From assembly GCF_009914755.1 (NCBI RefSeq), contig NC_060941.1: a stretch of 64,000 nucleotides of DNA. One strand, 5' to 3'. Below, one piece after another: positions 31,932 through 44,834 of the stretch. Below the pieces are notes generated by a model. That model worked only from the letters and a program-made list of their open reading frames with translations, did not search any database and was not told the DNA's origin. The stretch comes from the human T2T-CHM13v2.0 reference genome, Homo sapiens. Each line of letters begins with the position of its first letter. The first letter of the stretch is position 1. Made by a program: the position numbers and the translations under genes.

Positions 31932-32262
31932 TTTTTATTTTATTTATTTATTTATTTATTTATTTATCGAGACGGAGTCTAGCTCTTTCCTCCAGGCTGG
32001 AGTGCAGTGGCGTGATCTCAGCTCACTGCAACTTGTGCCTCCTGGGTTCAAGCAATTCTCCAGGCACAGTGGCTCAGGCCTGTAATCCCAGCACTTTGGG
32101 AGACCGAGGTGGATGGATCACCTGAGGTCAGGAGTTCGAGAGCAGCCTGGCCAACATGGTGAAACCCCATCTCTGCTAAAAAAAAAAAAAATACAAAAAT
32201 ACAAAAATTAGCCAGGCATGGTGGTGAAAGCCTGTAATCCCAGCTACCCGGGAGGCTGAGGC
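31932..32262 (-). mobile_element. AluS with inverted 5' two-thirds
   Basis: Antisense tail and right-arm end (31932-32061) joined to a sense left arm (32060-32262); one TSD pair TACATGCTTTTTA / TACATCCTTTTTA. Confidence 0.93.
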
Positions 32263-32282
32263 TACATCCTTTTTAAAGTAAA

Positions 32283-32585
32283 CTTTTAAATTGAGAATAA
32301 ATTTTGATTTACAGAAAAAAATCTTGAAAGTAACACAGAGGCTTCCTATAAGCTATGCACTCAGTTATCCCTATTTTTAATAGCTGACATTAGTATGGTA
32401 AGTCTGCCACAATTAATGAATCAGTATTAATAGTTTAATGTTAACTAAAGTCTGTGCTTTATTCGGATGTCTTTGGATTTTCCCCTAATGTCCTTTTTCT
32501 GTTCCAGGATCCCATCCAGGACACCACATTACATTTACTCAATTTACTCATCATGTGACCTCGGACCATTCTTGACTGTGACATT
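32283..32585 (-). mobile_element. L1MC/MD 3' end
   Basis: CCCTAATGTCCTTTTTCTGTTCCAGGATCCCATCCAGGACACCACATTACATTTA. Confidence 0.8.
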
Positions 32586-33133
32586 TTGTAGCATCCTTTT
32601 TAATCCTGGGCTCCTAAGTCGACAGGCATCAGGTAAATCTCAAGGCATCTTAGGTCAGAGCAGTCATGATTAGGGATGAGGAAACAAGGGCTGAGGCTTT
32701 GCTATCTCTGTGTACATAAGGGGAATGCTAGATAATTGGAATTTGATTAGATAGCTCTAATGTCGAAACAATAAAGGATATAATTTCATAACTAGGCAAA
32801 ATGTTCCTAGACACAAAAAGACTTTCTGTGGCTTTGGATCTTGGTCCTAGCCTCCCTTTTTAGCCTCATTTATTTCTGTTCCTCTTATGTCCTAAGATCA
32901 AAGTGTCCATACTAGTCCCGACTCGGTGCTAGATATGTGTTTTAAATTTGTTTGGAATGTGTTTCCCCTACATCTCTACCCATTGACATCCTAAGCATTT
33001 CTCAAGGTCACCTCCTCTATTTGTCTTCCTGACAGTCAGTAACTCCCTCATCTACTCTGCTCCAGTCTCAGCTTGTGCTTTTCCCAGTTAATTTTGCATT
33101 CCACGTAGGCGCAATTAATATTAATAATAATAT

Positions 33134-33615
<482 letters not shown>

Positions 33616-34069
33616 GTCTGACAGTAGTGCCTATTTATTCTAGCTTCTCACATGACTCTGCTACCACCTTCCTTGATGAAACCCACTATTCTCCATTCTA
33701 CAATAGCCTGTAAACTACTTAGAAAGAGGGGTTCCATTTTATTCATAACTGCATGCACAAAGCTTTATGCATTTAAGGCCTTCAGTAAAGGATTACTGAA
33801 ATGATTTTCTTAAATTAAAAGAAAAATAGTAACGTTATTGTGGCCTGTAAGCTTGAAGCTGGCAGCTCTGAAAGCAAGTTGGAAGAATGCGCATGGGAGG
33901 AGAAAAGCTAAAAATACCTTCTCATTAAAGTAATGATCAGAAATACCAGTGAACTTTGCGAAGAGAAATTCTTCAGGTTCTCCAGTATTAGACGGCACTG
34001 GGGCTGAGGTCTAATTGTAGGAAACAGTGCCCTGTCCAGGGCTTTTCTCTTGCCTACACTGGAAAATGA

Positions 34070-34256
34070 CAAGGTGTAGTGGAATGCGGTCTGCTTGGGA
34101 TTTGGGGATTCAGCTTGCAGCCTGCCAGGAACTAACTCTGTGACCTCCAGAAATCTTCTTAATCTTTCCGGGCTCCAGTTTCCTCACCTGTAAAATGCTG
34201 GTGAAGGACCTTGGGCAAACTCTAAAGATTCCTCCAGCTCTAACATTCTATGATTT
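34070..34256 (+). mobile_element. MIR3/MIR
   Basis: CTGTGACCT..CAGTTTCCTCACCTGTAAAATG..CCTCCAGCTCTAACATTCTATGATT. Confidence 0.7.
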
Positions 34257-34499
34257 TAGATGTAATTATGTGACTCCTGGAAGCAATATTCATCCACACA
34301 GGCTTTCTGGGGAAAAAAAAAATGGGAAGGAAAAAGGAAAAGAAAAACACTTCCATAAAAGTATTTATAGTACAGCCAGTGACTATGAATCATGGCATAA
34401 TTAATTCTCTTTTATAAAGTTGCCTTGTTTCCTAGCAGTGCAGTAATTCCCAAGCCCTGTTCAACGGCAGCTCCATTGACAGATATGCCACTTTCCTTG

Positions 34500-34700
34500 T
34501 CTCTTTGCAGTGAATAAGTTCAAACCATCCAGACTAATCTCTGAGTCTCTGCCAGCTCCAAATGTCTGTAGCTGAATGAGTCTAATCATCTGTGACTGAC
34601 TGACAGATACGGTTGCTAAAGGATATAAGATATATGTGATCTATCTTGACTTTAACGAAGCTCTGGATTAATTTCCTCACATCAGTTTTGTCCATCAAGT
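34500..34700 (+). mobile_element. CR1/L3 LINE reverse-transcriptase fragment
   Basis: GTGATCTATCTTGACTTTAACGAAGCTCTGGAT encodes VIYLDFNEALD, matching the CR1 RT motif VIYLDFSKAFD. Confidence 0.55.
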
Positions 34701-35962
34701 TTTAATATTAAATGCTTTATAATTTAATCATGATTTGCCTAGAAAAATCATAGCCATAGGCTGATTTGAAATTGCTGTGTGCTAATCCTGTAGTTATGGT
34801 AGATAACAAAAATCCTTTTCTGCAAAAATATTCACACATCCATTTCTTAAATCAGATTCTTTTTGGGTGCAGATTCTGATAACTTGTCTTCCTAATAACA
34901 CCTTCCCGATGAATATTTTCTCATAAAACATTTTTCTCTAATCTCAGATCTCATTCTAGGATTCTTTAAATGGCATGCAAAGAGCTACCTGCAAGTATTC
35001 ATGCCAGAGAGCTAGATGTCATCTTCATTATGTTTTATAGTTTGGTTTTATTTACTACACGTCTACCACCAAAATTGAATTGAGAAACCATGTATTTTCA
35101 GTTTCTTCTCCCTAAATTAGGGAACTGAGGAATTAGAATGCAGTTAACAGCAGCTAATTTTATGTTGAGAAATTCTACTGAATAACCAAAGTGAGAAGAT
35201 TGATCTGCCCATGGAACTTATTCATGAACTTTCTCTCACCATTTATTCTCATCTTATTTCTCATTTGAATTTTGGTAGCAGCCATGTGGATAAAGGATGA
35301 TGCAAATACAGTTTGGATTTTTTTCTTTAACTTTGAGTAAGGTGGCTTGCCTTCCTGATACTGGTTTTTTTCACATGTAAAATAAAGAAGTTGGGCTGGT
35401 TGACTTCTGAAGTTATGTAAAAATGAGTGTCTAAGGTAAAGATTTCACAGAGCAATCTAGATCAATCTATTCTATAACGATCTAAGCTGATTCACGTCCT
35501 AAAACAACAGATTTTTAGGGATCATTTTAAAATTCCCTTTTAAAATAGTTTTTATTTTGAAGGCTATACCTTTGTTGTATCCTTTATTGGTAATACTACA
35601 TAAAATACTACATAAAATTCACAGGGTAGTGAATTTATCCAATGGAAAACTCATCATCCTTTTATCTAAGATAGTAATAGAATTTTACGTGGGCCACAAT
35701 AAAAGTCTAAACATTTCAGTCACTCAGAAAATAATCAGTCTCCTATAACTGTCCCCGGGAAAGAGAGCTATGAGCCAGACAAGAAGTGTAATCCTTGGCA
35801 GAAATAACCAGTTTACTGAAATCAGGGTCTTTAGCATCCACTTGACCCCACATTGAACAGACTTAAAAGCACTGAAGGATTTCCAGCTTGGTAGCTTGAT
35901 CTGCCTATTTCATTGCTTTCAGCAGATAGTAGTATTTAAAATGAGCTCTTTAGAGTTGTGTC

Positions 35963-36270
35963 TTTTTTTTTTTTTTTTTTTTTTTTTTGAGACAGAGTCT
36001 CGCTCTTTCGCCCAGGCCAGAGTGCAGTGGCGCGATCTCGGCTCACTACAAGCTCCGCCCCCCCGGGTTCACGCCATTCTCCCGCCTCAGCCTCCCGAGT
36101 AGCTGGGAATACAGGCGCCCGCCACCGCGCCTGGCTAGTTTTTTGTATTTTTAGTAGAGACGGGGTTTCACCATGTTAACCAGGATGGTCTCGATGTCCT
36201 GACCTCGTGATCCGCCTGCCTCAGCCTCCCAAAGTGCTGGGATTACAGTTGTGAGCCACCGCGACTGGCC
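35963..36270 (-). mobile_element. AluY
   Basis: CAAGCTCCGCC, CACGCCATTCTCC, CAGGATGGTCTCGAT diagnostics; CpG-rich; TSD TAGAGTTGTGTCTTTT at 35951-35966 and 36271-36286. Confidence 0.97.
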
Positions 36271-37351
36271 TAGAGTTGTGTCTTTTAATTAGAAATCCTA
36301 TTTGAAAGCAGAGAACATTGCAGTTACAGAAAACAACAAATACACTCTTTCTGGTTTTAATACTATTTTCTTTTGTGAGAGGAAAAAAACCATCTGTATT
36401 AATTTATATCGTATGAAGTAAATCTTATAAATTTATAAAGAAATTCTCCAGTGTTATCTGTAAAAGGAATTATTTTGTACTGTCTGGAGGGCATAACCTC
36501 ATCTGATTTCATAATGAAGCTTATAGTAATCTGTATATACAAGTTGAGAACATTGGAGAAAGGGGTGAGGAATGCACAAATGTTGCACAAAGATTGCAAA
36601 GGAAATATTGCATATTTAAACAACTACTGTTCCATACAGCAGCACAGGCCTCCAATGCCCTCTGTAATGATGTACAATGGGAAGGGACTGGCAGGTCTCA
36701 GTAGAGTCCAGGCAACTTTATTTTCTGAGGTAAGTATCTAATTATTTCCCAGGCTGCTGAACATCAATGAATAGACATGCTGATTTCTCACTTTGCAATG
36801 TCTCTCGTGATTTCCTTGACTGAGTGGATAAATCAGCCGGAGTTCTGAAGCTGTAGGTTCAATGTGGCAATTTTTTTATTTCTATCTACTACAAAAATGA
36901 ATTCCAACTAGGACTTATTTAGAGATAAGAGAAACAATTTCTGATTGGTGTTGCCTAATGCGCTAGTTAATTCCAATCTTTAATCCTGCCCTGTTGGCTC
37001 AATCTAAAAGAGACATCATTTTTTTTTTTTTTTTTTTTTTAATCTAGGGCATGTCGTTGGTTCCAGTTGTCTTTTGTAATACACGCTTTGTCTACCTGGA
37101 GCTGGAGAGAATGAGAACAATAACACTGAGAAGAGAAATAGAGGTATATTTCCTTGTGTCAAAAAACAAAACAACAAAACAAAAACTCTACTAATTCAAA
37201 ACTAAACAAACCAACCTCCCCCTTTGCAGGCAGGGACACGTGATTGGAAGCAGAATAAGAATTGTTCTCCCATTGTATGTTGGCACTCACATAAAAATAG
37301 AGTTTGTACTCTATCATTCTTTAAAATAAAGTTTTATACTAATATGTCTGT

Positions 37352-40300
37352 TTATAGTTCTGTGGGCATTTAGGTTGATTCCATGTCTTTGCTATTGTAA
37401 ACAGTGCTGCAATGAACATACACGTGTATGTGTCTTTATGGTAGAATGACTTATATTCCTTGGACATAGACCCAGTAATGGGACTGTTGGATTGAATGGT
37501 AGTTCTGTTTTTAGCTCCTTGAGGAATCGCCACACTGCTTTCTACCATGTCTGAACTAATTTACACTCCCACCAACAGTATATAAGGATTCCTTTTTCTT
37601 CACAACCTGGTCAGCATCTGTTATTAATAATAGCCATTCTGACTGGTGTGACATGGTATCTCATTGTGGTTTTGATGTCCATTTCTGTAATGACCAGTGA
37701 TGTTGAGCTTTTTTTCATGTTTCTTGGCCACATGTCTGTCTTCTTTTGAAAAGCGTTCATTCACTTTGTTCTTTCCCCACTTTCTGATGGGTTTTTTTCA
37801 TGTAAATATGTTTAAGTTCCTTACAGATGCTGGATATTAGACTTCAGAGCTACAATAACCAAAAAAGGCATGGTACTGGTACAAAAACAGACACACAGAC
37901 CAATGGAACAGAATGGAGAACCAAAAAATAAGGCCACACACCCACAACTATCCGATCTTCAAGAAACCTGACAGAAACAAGCAATGGGGGAAGGATTCCC
38001 TATTCAATAAATGGTGCTGGGATGACTAGTTAGCCATATGCAGAAGATGGAAACTGGACTCCTTCCTCAAACCATGTACAAAAATTAACTCAAGATAGAT
38101 TAAATACTTAAATGTAAAATTCAAAACTTTAAAACCCTGGGAGAAAATCTAGGCAACATCACTCTAGACATAGGAATGGCAAAGATTTCATGACAAAGGC
38201 ACCAAAAGCAATTGCAACACAAGCAAGAATGGACAAATAGGATCTAATTAAAGTTAAAGAGCTTCTGCACAGTAGAGGAAACTATCAACAGAGTGCACAG
38301 ACAACCTACAGAATGGGAGAAAATTTTTGCAAACTATGCATCTGACAAAGGTCTAAATCCAGCGTCTATAAGAACTTGCATAGCTTGAATCAGTCCTGCA
38401 TCCCAGGAATAAAGCTTAATTGATCATGGTGAATTCACTTTTTGAGGTACTGCTGGATTTGGTTTGCTAGTATTTTGTTGATAATTTTTACATCTTTGTT
38501 TATCAGAGACATTGGCCTGAAGTTTTCATTTTTGTTGCATCTATGCTAGGTTTTGATGTCAGAATAATGCTGGCTTTATAGAATGAGTTGGGGGGTATTT
38601 CTTCTCATTATTTTCTTTTTTTTTTTAAATAGTTTCAGTAGAATTGGTACTAGCTGTTATTTATATGTCTGGTAGAATTCAGCTGTGAATCCATCTAGTC
38701 CAGGGATTTTTTTGTTTTTATTACTGATTCAATTTTGGAACTTGTTATTGGTCTGTTCAGGATTTTAATTTCTTCCTGGTTAAATCTTGGGAGGTTATGT
38801 GTTTCCAGGAATGTATTCATTTCGTCTCAGCTTTCTAGTTTGTCTGCATAGACAAGTTTATAATAGTCTCTGAGGACTTTTTTGCATTTCTGTGGAGAAG
38901 TGGTAATATCACTTTGTTATTTCTGATTGTGCTTATTTGAATCTCTTTTTTGTGTTAATCTAGCTAATGGTCTATTAATCTTGTTTATTCTTTCAAAGAA
39001 CAAACTTTTGGTTTTGTTGATTTTTTTTGTATGAACTTTTTCATCTCAGTTTTGTTCAGTTCTTCTCTGATTTTGGTTATTTCTTTTCTTCTGCTAGCTT
39101 TGGGGTTAGTTTGCTCTAGCTTTTCCAGTACTTCCAGATGCAATGTTAGGTTGGTTAATTTGAGATTCTTCCAACTTCTTGATGTAAGCATTGAGCACTA
39201 TAAGCTTTCCTCTTAATACTACTTTAGCTATCTACCAAAGATTTTGGTGTGTTGTGTCTCTGTTTTTATTAGTTTCAAAGAACTTTTTGATTTCTACCTT
39301 AGTTTTATTATTTATCCAAAGTCATTCAGGTGCAGCTTGTTTAATTTCAATGTAATTGTATGGTTTTGAGATATCTTCTTGTTATTGATTTCTGTTTTAT
39401 TGCACTGTGGTCCAAGAGTATGTTTGGTATGATTTCTATTTTTTTTTTTTTTGAATCTTTGAGATTTGCTTTACAGCCAAGCAGGAGGTCAATCTTAGAG
39501 TATCTGTCACGTGCAGATAAGAAGAATGTATATTCTCTTGTGGTTTGGTAGAGCATTCTGTGTCTATTAGGTCCAATTGTTCAAGTGTTGAGTTTAAGTC
39601 CAGAATAGCTTTATTAATTATCTGCTTCAATAATTTGTTTAATCCTGTCAGTGGGATGTTGAAGTCTCCCATTATTATTGTGTGGTTATCTAAGTCTCTC
39701 CATAGGTCTCCAGGAAATTGTTTTATAAATCTGGGTGTTACAACTTTGACTGCATATATATTTAGGATAGTTATGTTGTTGAATTGAACCCTTTATCATT
39801 ATATAATGCCCTTTTTTGTCCTTTTTGATCATTGTTGGTTTCAAGTCTGTTATATCTGATATAAAAATAGCAATTCTTGCTCTTTTTTCCAATTTGCATG
39901 ACACATATTTCTGAAATCTTTTACTTTGAGGTTATCAGTGTCGTTACATCTGAGATGAGTCTCTTGAAGACAGCAGACAGAAAGGTTTTGTTTCTTTTTT
40001 CAACTTGTCACTCTATGCCTTTTAAGTGGGCATGTCCCACTTAAAATGGGGCATTGTTCCATTTACATTCAAAGTTAATACTGATAAGTGAGAATTTGAT
40101 TCTGTCATTGTGTTATTAGCTGGTTGTTAAGTAGACTTGATTGTGTAGTTGCTTTATAGTGTCCATGGGCTATGTACTTAAGAGTTTTCTGGTGGCAGGT
40201 ACCTTTCTTTCATTTCATTTATTTCATTGTTTAGCACTCCTTTAAGGACCTCTTTTCAGGCAGTTCTAGTGGTAATGAATTCCTTTAACATTTGCTTGTC

Positions 40301-42220
40301 TGAAAGGATTTTATTTCTCCTTCACTTATGAAGCTTAGATTGGCAGAATATGAAATCCTTGGTTTAAATTTCTATTCCTTATAGATGCTGAAAATAGGCC
40401 CCCAATCTCTTCTGGCTTGTAAGGTTTCTGCTGAAAGATCCATTGTTAGCCTGACTGGGTTCTCTTTGAAAGTGGCATGCCCCTTCGCTCTAGCTGCCTT
40501 TAAGATTTTTTCTTTTGTGTTGACCTTGGTGAATCTGATGACTATGTGCCTCAGGGATGGTTGTCTTGTATAGTATCTCACAAAAGCTTTCTGAATTTTT
40601 TGAATTTGCATGTTGACCTCTTTAGTGATATTGAGAACATTTTCATGGACCATATACACAAATGCATTTTCCAAGTTGCTTACTCTTTCTCCTTCTCTTT
40701 CATGAATGCCAAATGAGTCATATGTTTGATCTCTTTATACAGTCTCTCACATTTCTTAAATCAAGGCTTTTTTTCCTTTTTCTGATTATTTTTTCTTTAT
40801 TCTTGTCTGCCTGTGTTGATTCAAAGGAATGGTCTTCAAGCTCTGAGATTTTTCCCTTAGCTTGGCCTATTCTGTTGTTAATGCTTCCAGTTGAATTCTG
40901 AAATTCCCATAATAAATTGTTTAAGTCCAGAAGTTGTTTTGTTCTTTCTTAAGATGGCTATTTTATCTTTCAACTCTTGGATTGTTTTACTGTTGCCCTT
41001 GGATGGGGTTTCAACCTTCCTCTGTACCTTATTGAGTTTCTTTGCTGTCTGGATTCTGAATTCTATATCTGTCATTTCGGCCATTTCAATCTGGTTAAAG
41101 ACCATTGCTGGGGAACTAGTGTAGTTGTTTGGAGATAAGAAGACACTCTGGCTGTTAGAGTTGCCTGAGTTCTTGTGCTGGTTCTTTCTTATCTGTGAGG
41201 ACTAATATAACTTTATTCTTTTAAGTTGATATCCTTTGGGTGGGGCTGTTTGTTTTTATGTTCTTCATTTCCCTTGAGGTATGGTAGATTGGCTTCATTT
41301 CTAGATGCCTTCAGAGGGCCAAGGCTCAGTTCCACATTCCTGGGTTGCATTCTCTAAATCCAGGCAGCTGGGACTAGGCTGATAGCTTTGTCCTCTGGCC
41401 CCTCAAGATCAAGCAGTAGCTGTCCTGGGGGGGGGGGCCCAAGGTGCTCCCAGGCTACTGACAAAAGCACTCCCTTGGGGGCTGCTAATGAAAGTGCTCC
41501 AGTGTGATAGCAGGGGCTAGCTGGAACAAAAAAACATTCCAGCAGGTGGCAGGGGGCTGCTGGTAAAAGTGCTATGGCAGTGGTCACTGGCAAATGTGCT
41601 CCAGCAGAGCAGTGGAGGCTGCACTGCGTGTCCACTCCCAAAGGAGCCTCCAGGTAGGGACTCCGGGAGGGACTGGCAGACAAGGGGGAACATAGATCAT
41701 ACTCACTGTGGTTCCACAGCCCTGCTGTCTGCAGGCCTGACTGTTAGCAAAGGTCAGAGCCAGCTGGGGGAGTATGGAGAACCTTGGGGGATAGGCACCT
41801 ATTGCTGATTTCCTTTGCAGCTATCTCCACACCAAACCCCCTGGGCTCTGCATAGACTCAGGCTCTGTCTCTGCCGATGCTCCACGCAGATCTCCCTGTC
41901 AACTTACTTGTCCATAGGGGTCATAAGCTCTGCAGCCAAGACACGGGAGATCTGTGGCAAGAGTAGGTTGCACTGCAGTTATTTCATTCACCACTATCCT
42001 TAGGAGTGGCTCAGGGTCAGGAATGAGTTCTGGTGTTCATCAGTTGCACACAGGGTTCCCAACTTCCTCCTTCTTCAGCTCCTGTGTCTGCATTGTCTCT
42101 TCATTCACTCTCAGCACATTCTGTCAGAAGGATCTCTATTTGGAGTATACTGGTCTGCTTGGGAGTCTGATGGCTCTAGATGGAAGAAGCTCTTCCTAGC
42201 TGTGTCTAGTCAGCCATCTT
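37352..42220 (-). mobile_element. Rearranged L1 (old L1PA/L1PB-type): 5'UTR, ORF1, ORF2 N-half, internal inverted block, 3'UTR missing
   Basis: ORF1 remnant RHIVIRFTKVNTKEKILKAAR..LSAETLQARRDWGPIF (40372-40674); endonuclease remnants KDKKGHYIMIKGSIQQ and MGDFNIPL; 5' end CTAGTCAGCCATCTT; sense block ~37845-38377. Confidence 0.92.
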
Positions 42221-43614
42221 TATTCTTTGTCTTTTGCTCTGTACAGCTAGTCACCTCCAAGACAATACCAGGAGGATGTTGCAAATCCTCTATTTAAATT
42301 TTGTGACTATTAATTATGTCAAAAAATTTATGTAGTAAGGTAATGTATTGTTTCAAATAGAGTTTAAGTTAACTAGAGGGATACATGAGTAAGGAAATCA
42401 TTTTTTCCGCTTCTTTTAGCTCATTTTCATTAGCCAATCTAATTCTACACTCTTAACACTCTCTTAGAAAAAAAAAAAGTTCTACTTATGTAGCTTCAAT
42501 GGATTGGGAAGTAACAAGTGGTACCAAAAGTTCATTATATCCTAATTTTCCACCCTGGGTCTCAAAGCAATATTGTCTTATAGTTTAGGTTTTTTCCCAT
42601 GTGCTGGACATGATATGTGATGGAAAGAATGCTTGGTAATTAACCTTGGATCATAACTTGGCAGCTGCTAGGTCTCCCATCTTTAATAGCCATTCACAAG
42701 AAGTTGAATTGGGTCCCAAGCTGTCATCCAAATAAGCAGAATGTGTCCTAAGGCAGATCAAATCTAATTACAGGGCTCTAGAGCTATTCCCTTTCCATTC
42801 TCCTTAAAAAGAGGCCACTCATACTGCTCCAGCTCCCCTTACGCATTTTGCAGCAGTATCAGGTGGTTCCCAGTAATTCACTGACTCGTAAACCAAACTG
42901 ATAGAAGTTCTGACTCTTACTAGTCCAATTGAGGTCCTCTGGTAATTGTCTTCTGGTAGAAAGTTGTGGATTTTGCATTATTATTGTGAGACCTCCAATT
43001 CATAGACAAGGACCACATGCTCTCCTTTCATATTCTCCTAAATTAGAAAACTTCAATGAGTGTGTTATATATCTCCATCCCAACAAATATTTATCTTCCT
43101 TGGCTTTCTAGCATCCTTTACATTTCTCCGTTTCCCTAGGCCCCTAGCAATTATGAAATCCATTAACTATAATTATAAAGCTCCATTAAAAATTTGATAT
43201 ACACAGCAGTTAATATTCACCATCTGTAATCTTCCAAATGAATATTTGTTTATTTCAGTACTTCAGCTGCTACATCTAAAAATGAAGGTAAATAATTTGA
43301 CAAGGGCCTCAAAAGCCCTGAATATTTTATTTCAACTGAGCAGTATGTGACTTCTTAAAATATCTCAGGCTCTTTCTTTCATAATGCCCCTATTGATTTC
43401 TTTTTTTAGAAGACTAGAAAGGGAAAGGATTTAGGTTACAAAATTCATACTTATTTTTAGTAAAGTATTTAAAAACCAAAAGGTATCATTAGAGAAATGC
43501 TATTATATTGTCAGTGCAATCCCCAGTTAATATGTGAGGCACTCAATTTAAAATGGTCAAGAGAAAAATCATCATCTTCATCATCATCTGTGGAATCTAA
43601 CATACTAGTTCCAG

Positions 43615-44465
43615 TCAGAATTCTTGTTTGGAATAGAAACCAACAAACCCACTCTGGTTAACTTAAGCAGAAAAGGGATTGCTCATCAGATCTATAATAG
43701 CTCTCAGATTCAAGCTGGAGAACCAGACTCAGGGAGAAATCAAGGAAGTAAAGGTGCAGCCAAGGAGTCCCCAGTGGACTTCATGGTATCACTGTTGACA
43801 AACAAACCTTTGATATTGCTGTCTCTTGTGCCTTCACCCCTGGACACTGGCTGCTGCTCTGCCAGTATCCACTGTCTCTAAATATTCGTTGTTATGCCAC
43901 TGGGAATCTCCAGATTACAGTGAAAAAATTCTGACTCTATACCTTCACTTCTCTTCCTTTTTTTTTCAGTTTCAAATGCAGGCCACAGCTTCTGATTAGT
44001 TGAGCTGTTAATATCTTCAGGGTCTAGGTTCCCAGATGTATTAGGCCGTTTTCATGCTGCTGATACAGACATACCTGAGACTGGGTAATTTATAAAGAAA
44101 AAGAGGTTTGATGGACTCACAGTTCCACATGGCTGGAGAGGCCTCACAATCATGGCAGAAGGCAAAAGTCACATCTTACATGGTGGCAGACAAGAGAGAA
44201 TGAGAGCCAAGTGAAAGGGGTTTCCCTTTATAAAACCATCAGATCTCATGAGATTTACTCACTACCACCAGAATATTATGGGGGAAACTGCCTCCATGAT
44301 TCCGTTATCTCCCACCATGTCCCTTCCACAACACATAGGAATTATGGGAGCTACAATTCAAAATGAAATTTGGGTGGGGTCACAGCCGAACCATATCACC
44401 AGAGGAAAAGGCAAGATATACTTTATGCTCCTTTTGTTTTATAGTAGAAAGTGTAATTCCACCTC
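43615..44465 (-). mobile_element. Old MLT1 (K/L-like) LTR fragment hosting THE1 insertions
   Basis: AACAAACCCACTCTGGTTAACTTAAGCAGAAAAGGGATT; TCTGATTAGTTGAGC. Confidence 0.45.
44037..44398 (-). mobile_element. THE1 (THE1B-like) solo LTR
   Basis: TGTATTAG..AACCATATCA; 5-bp TSD CCAGA at 44032-44036 and 44399-44403. Confidence 0.95.
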
Positions 44466-44834
44466 TGTGTCAGTCTATTCTCACACTGCTATAAGGACAT
44501 ACCTGAGACTGGGTAATTTATAAAGAAAAGAGTTTTAATTGACTCACAGTTCAGTGTGGCTGGGGAGGCCTTAGGAACCTTGCAATCATGGCAGAATGGG
44601 AAGCAAACATGTCCTTCTTCACATGATGGTAGGAGAAAGAAGTGCCAAACAAAGGGAGAAAAGCCCCTTAAAAAACCATCAGATCTCCTGAGAACTTACT
44701 CACTATCATGAGAACCTCATGGGGGAAACCGCCCTCATGATTCAATTATCTCCACCTGATCCCACTATTGACATGTGGGGATTATTACAAATCAAGGTGA
44801 AATTTGGGTAGGGACACAGAGCCAAACCACATCA
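44466..44834 (-). mobile_element. THE1 (THE1C/D-like) solo LTR
   Basis: TGTGTCAGTC..AACCACATCA; 5-bp TSD ACCTC at 44461-44465 and 44835-44839. Confidence 0.95.

Noticed and set aside
38985-41105. Minus-strand ORFs with L1 ORF1/endonuclease motifs
   Set aside because: Fragmented by stops and frameshifts; dead L1
44037-44834. Internally deleted THE1 provirus
   Set aside because: Each LTR has its own distinct TSD
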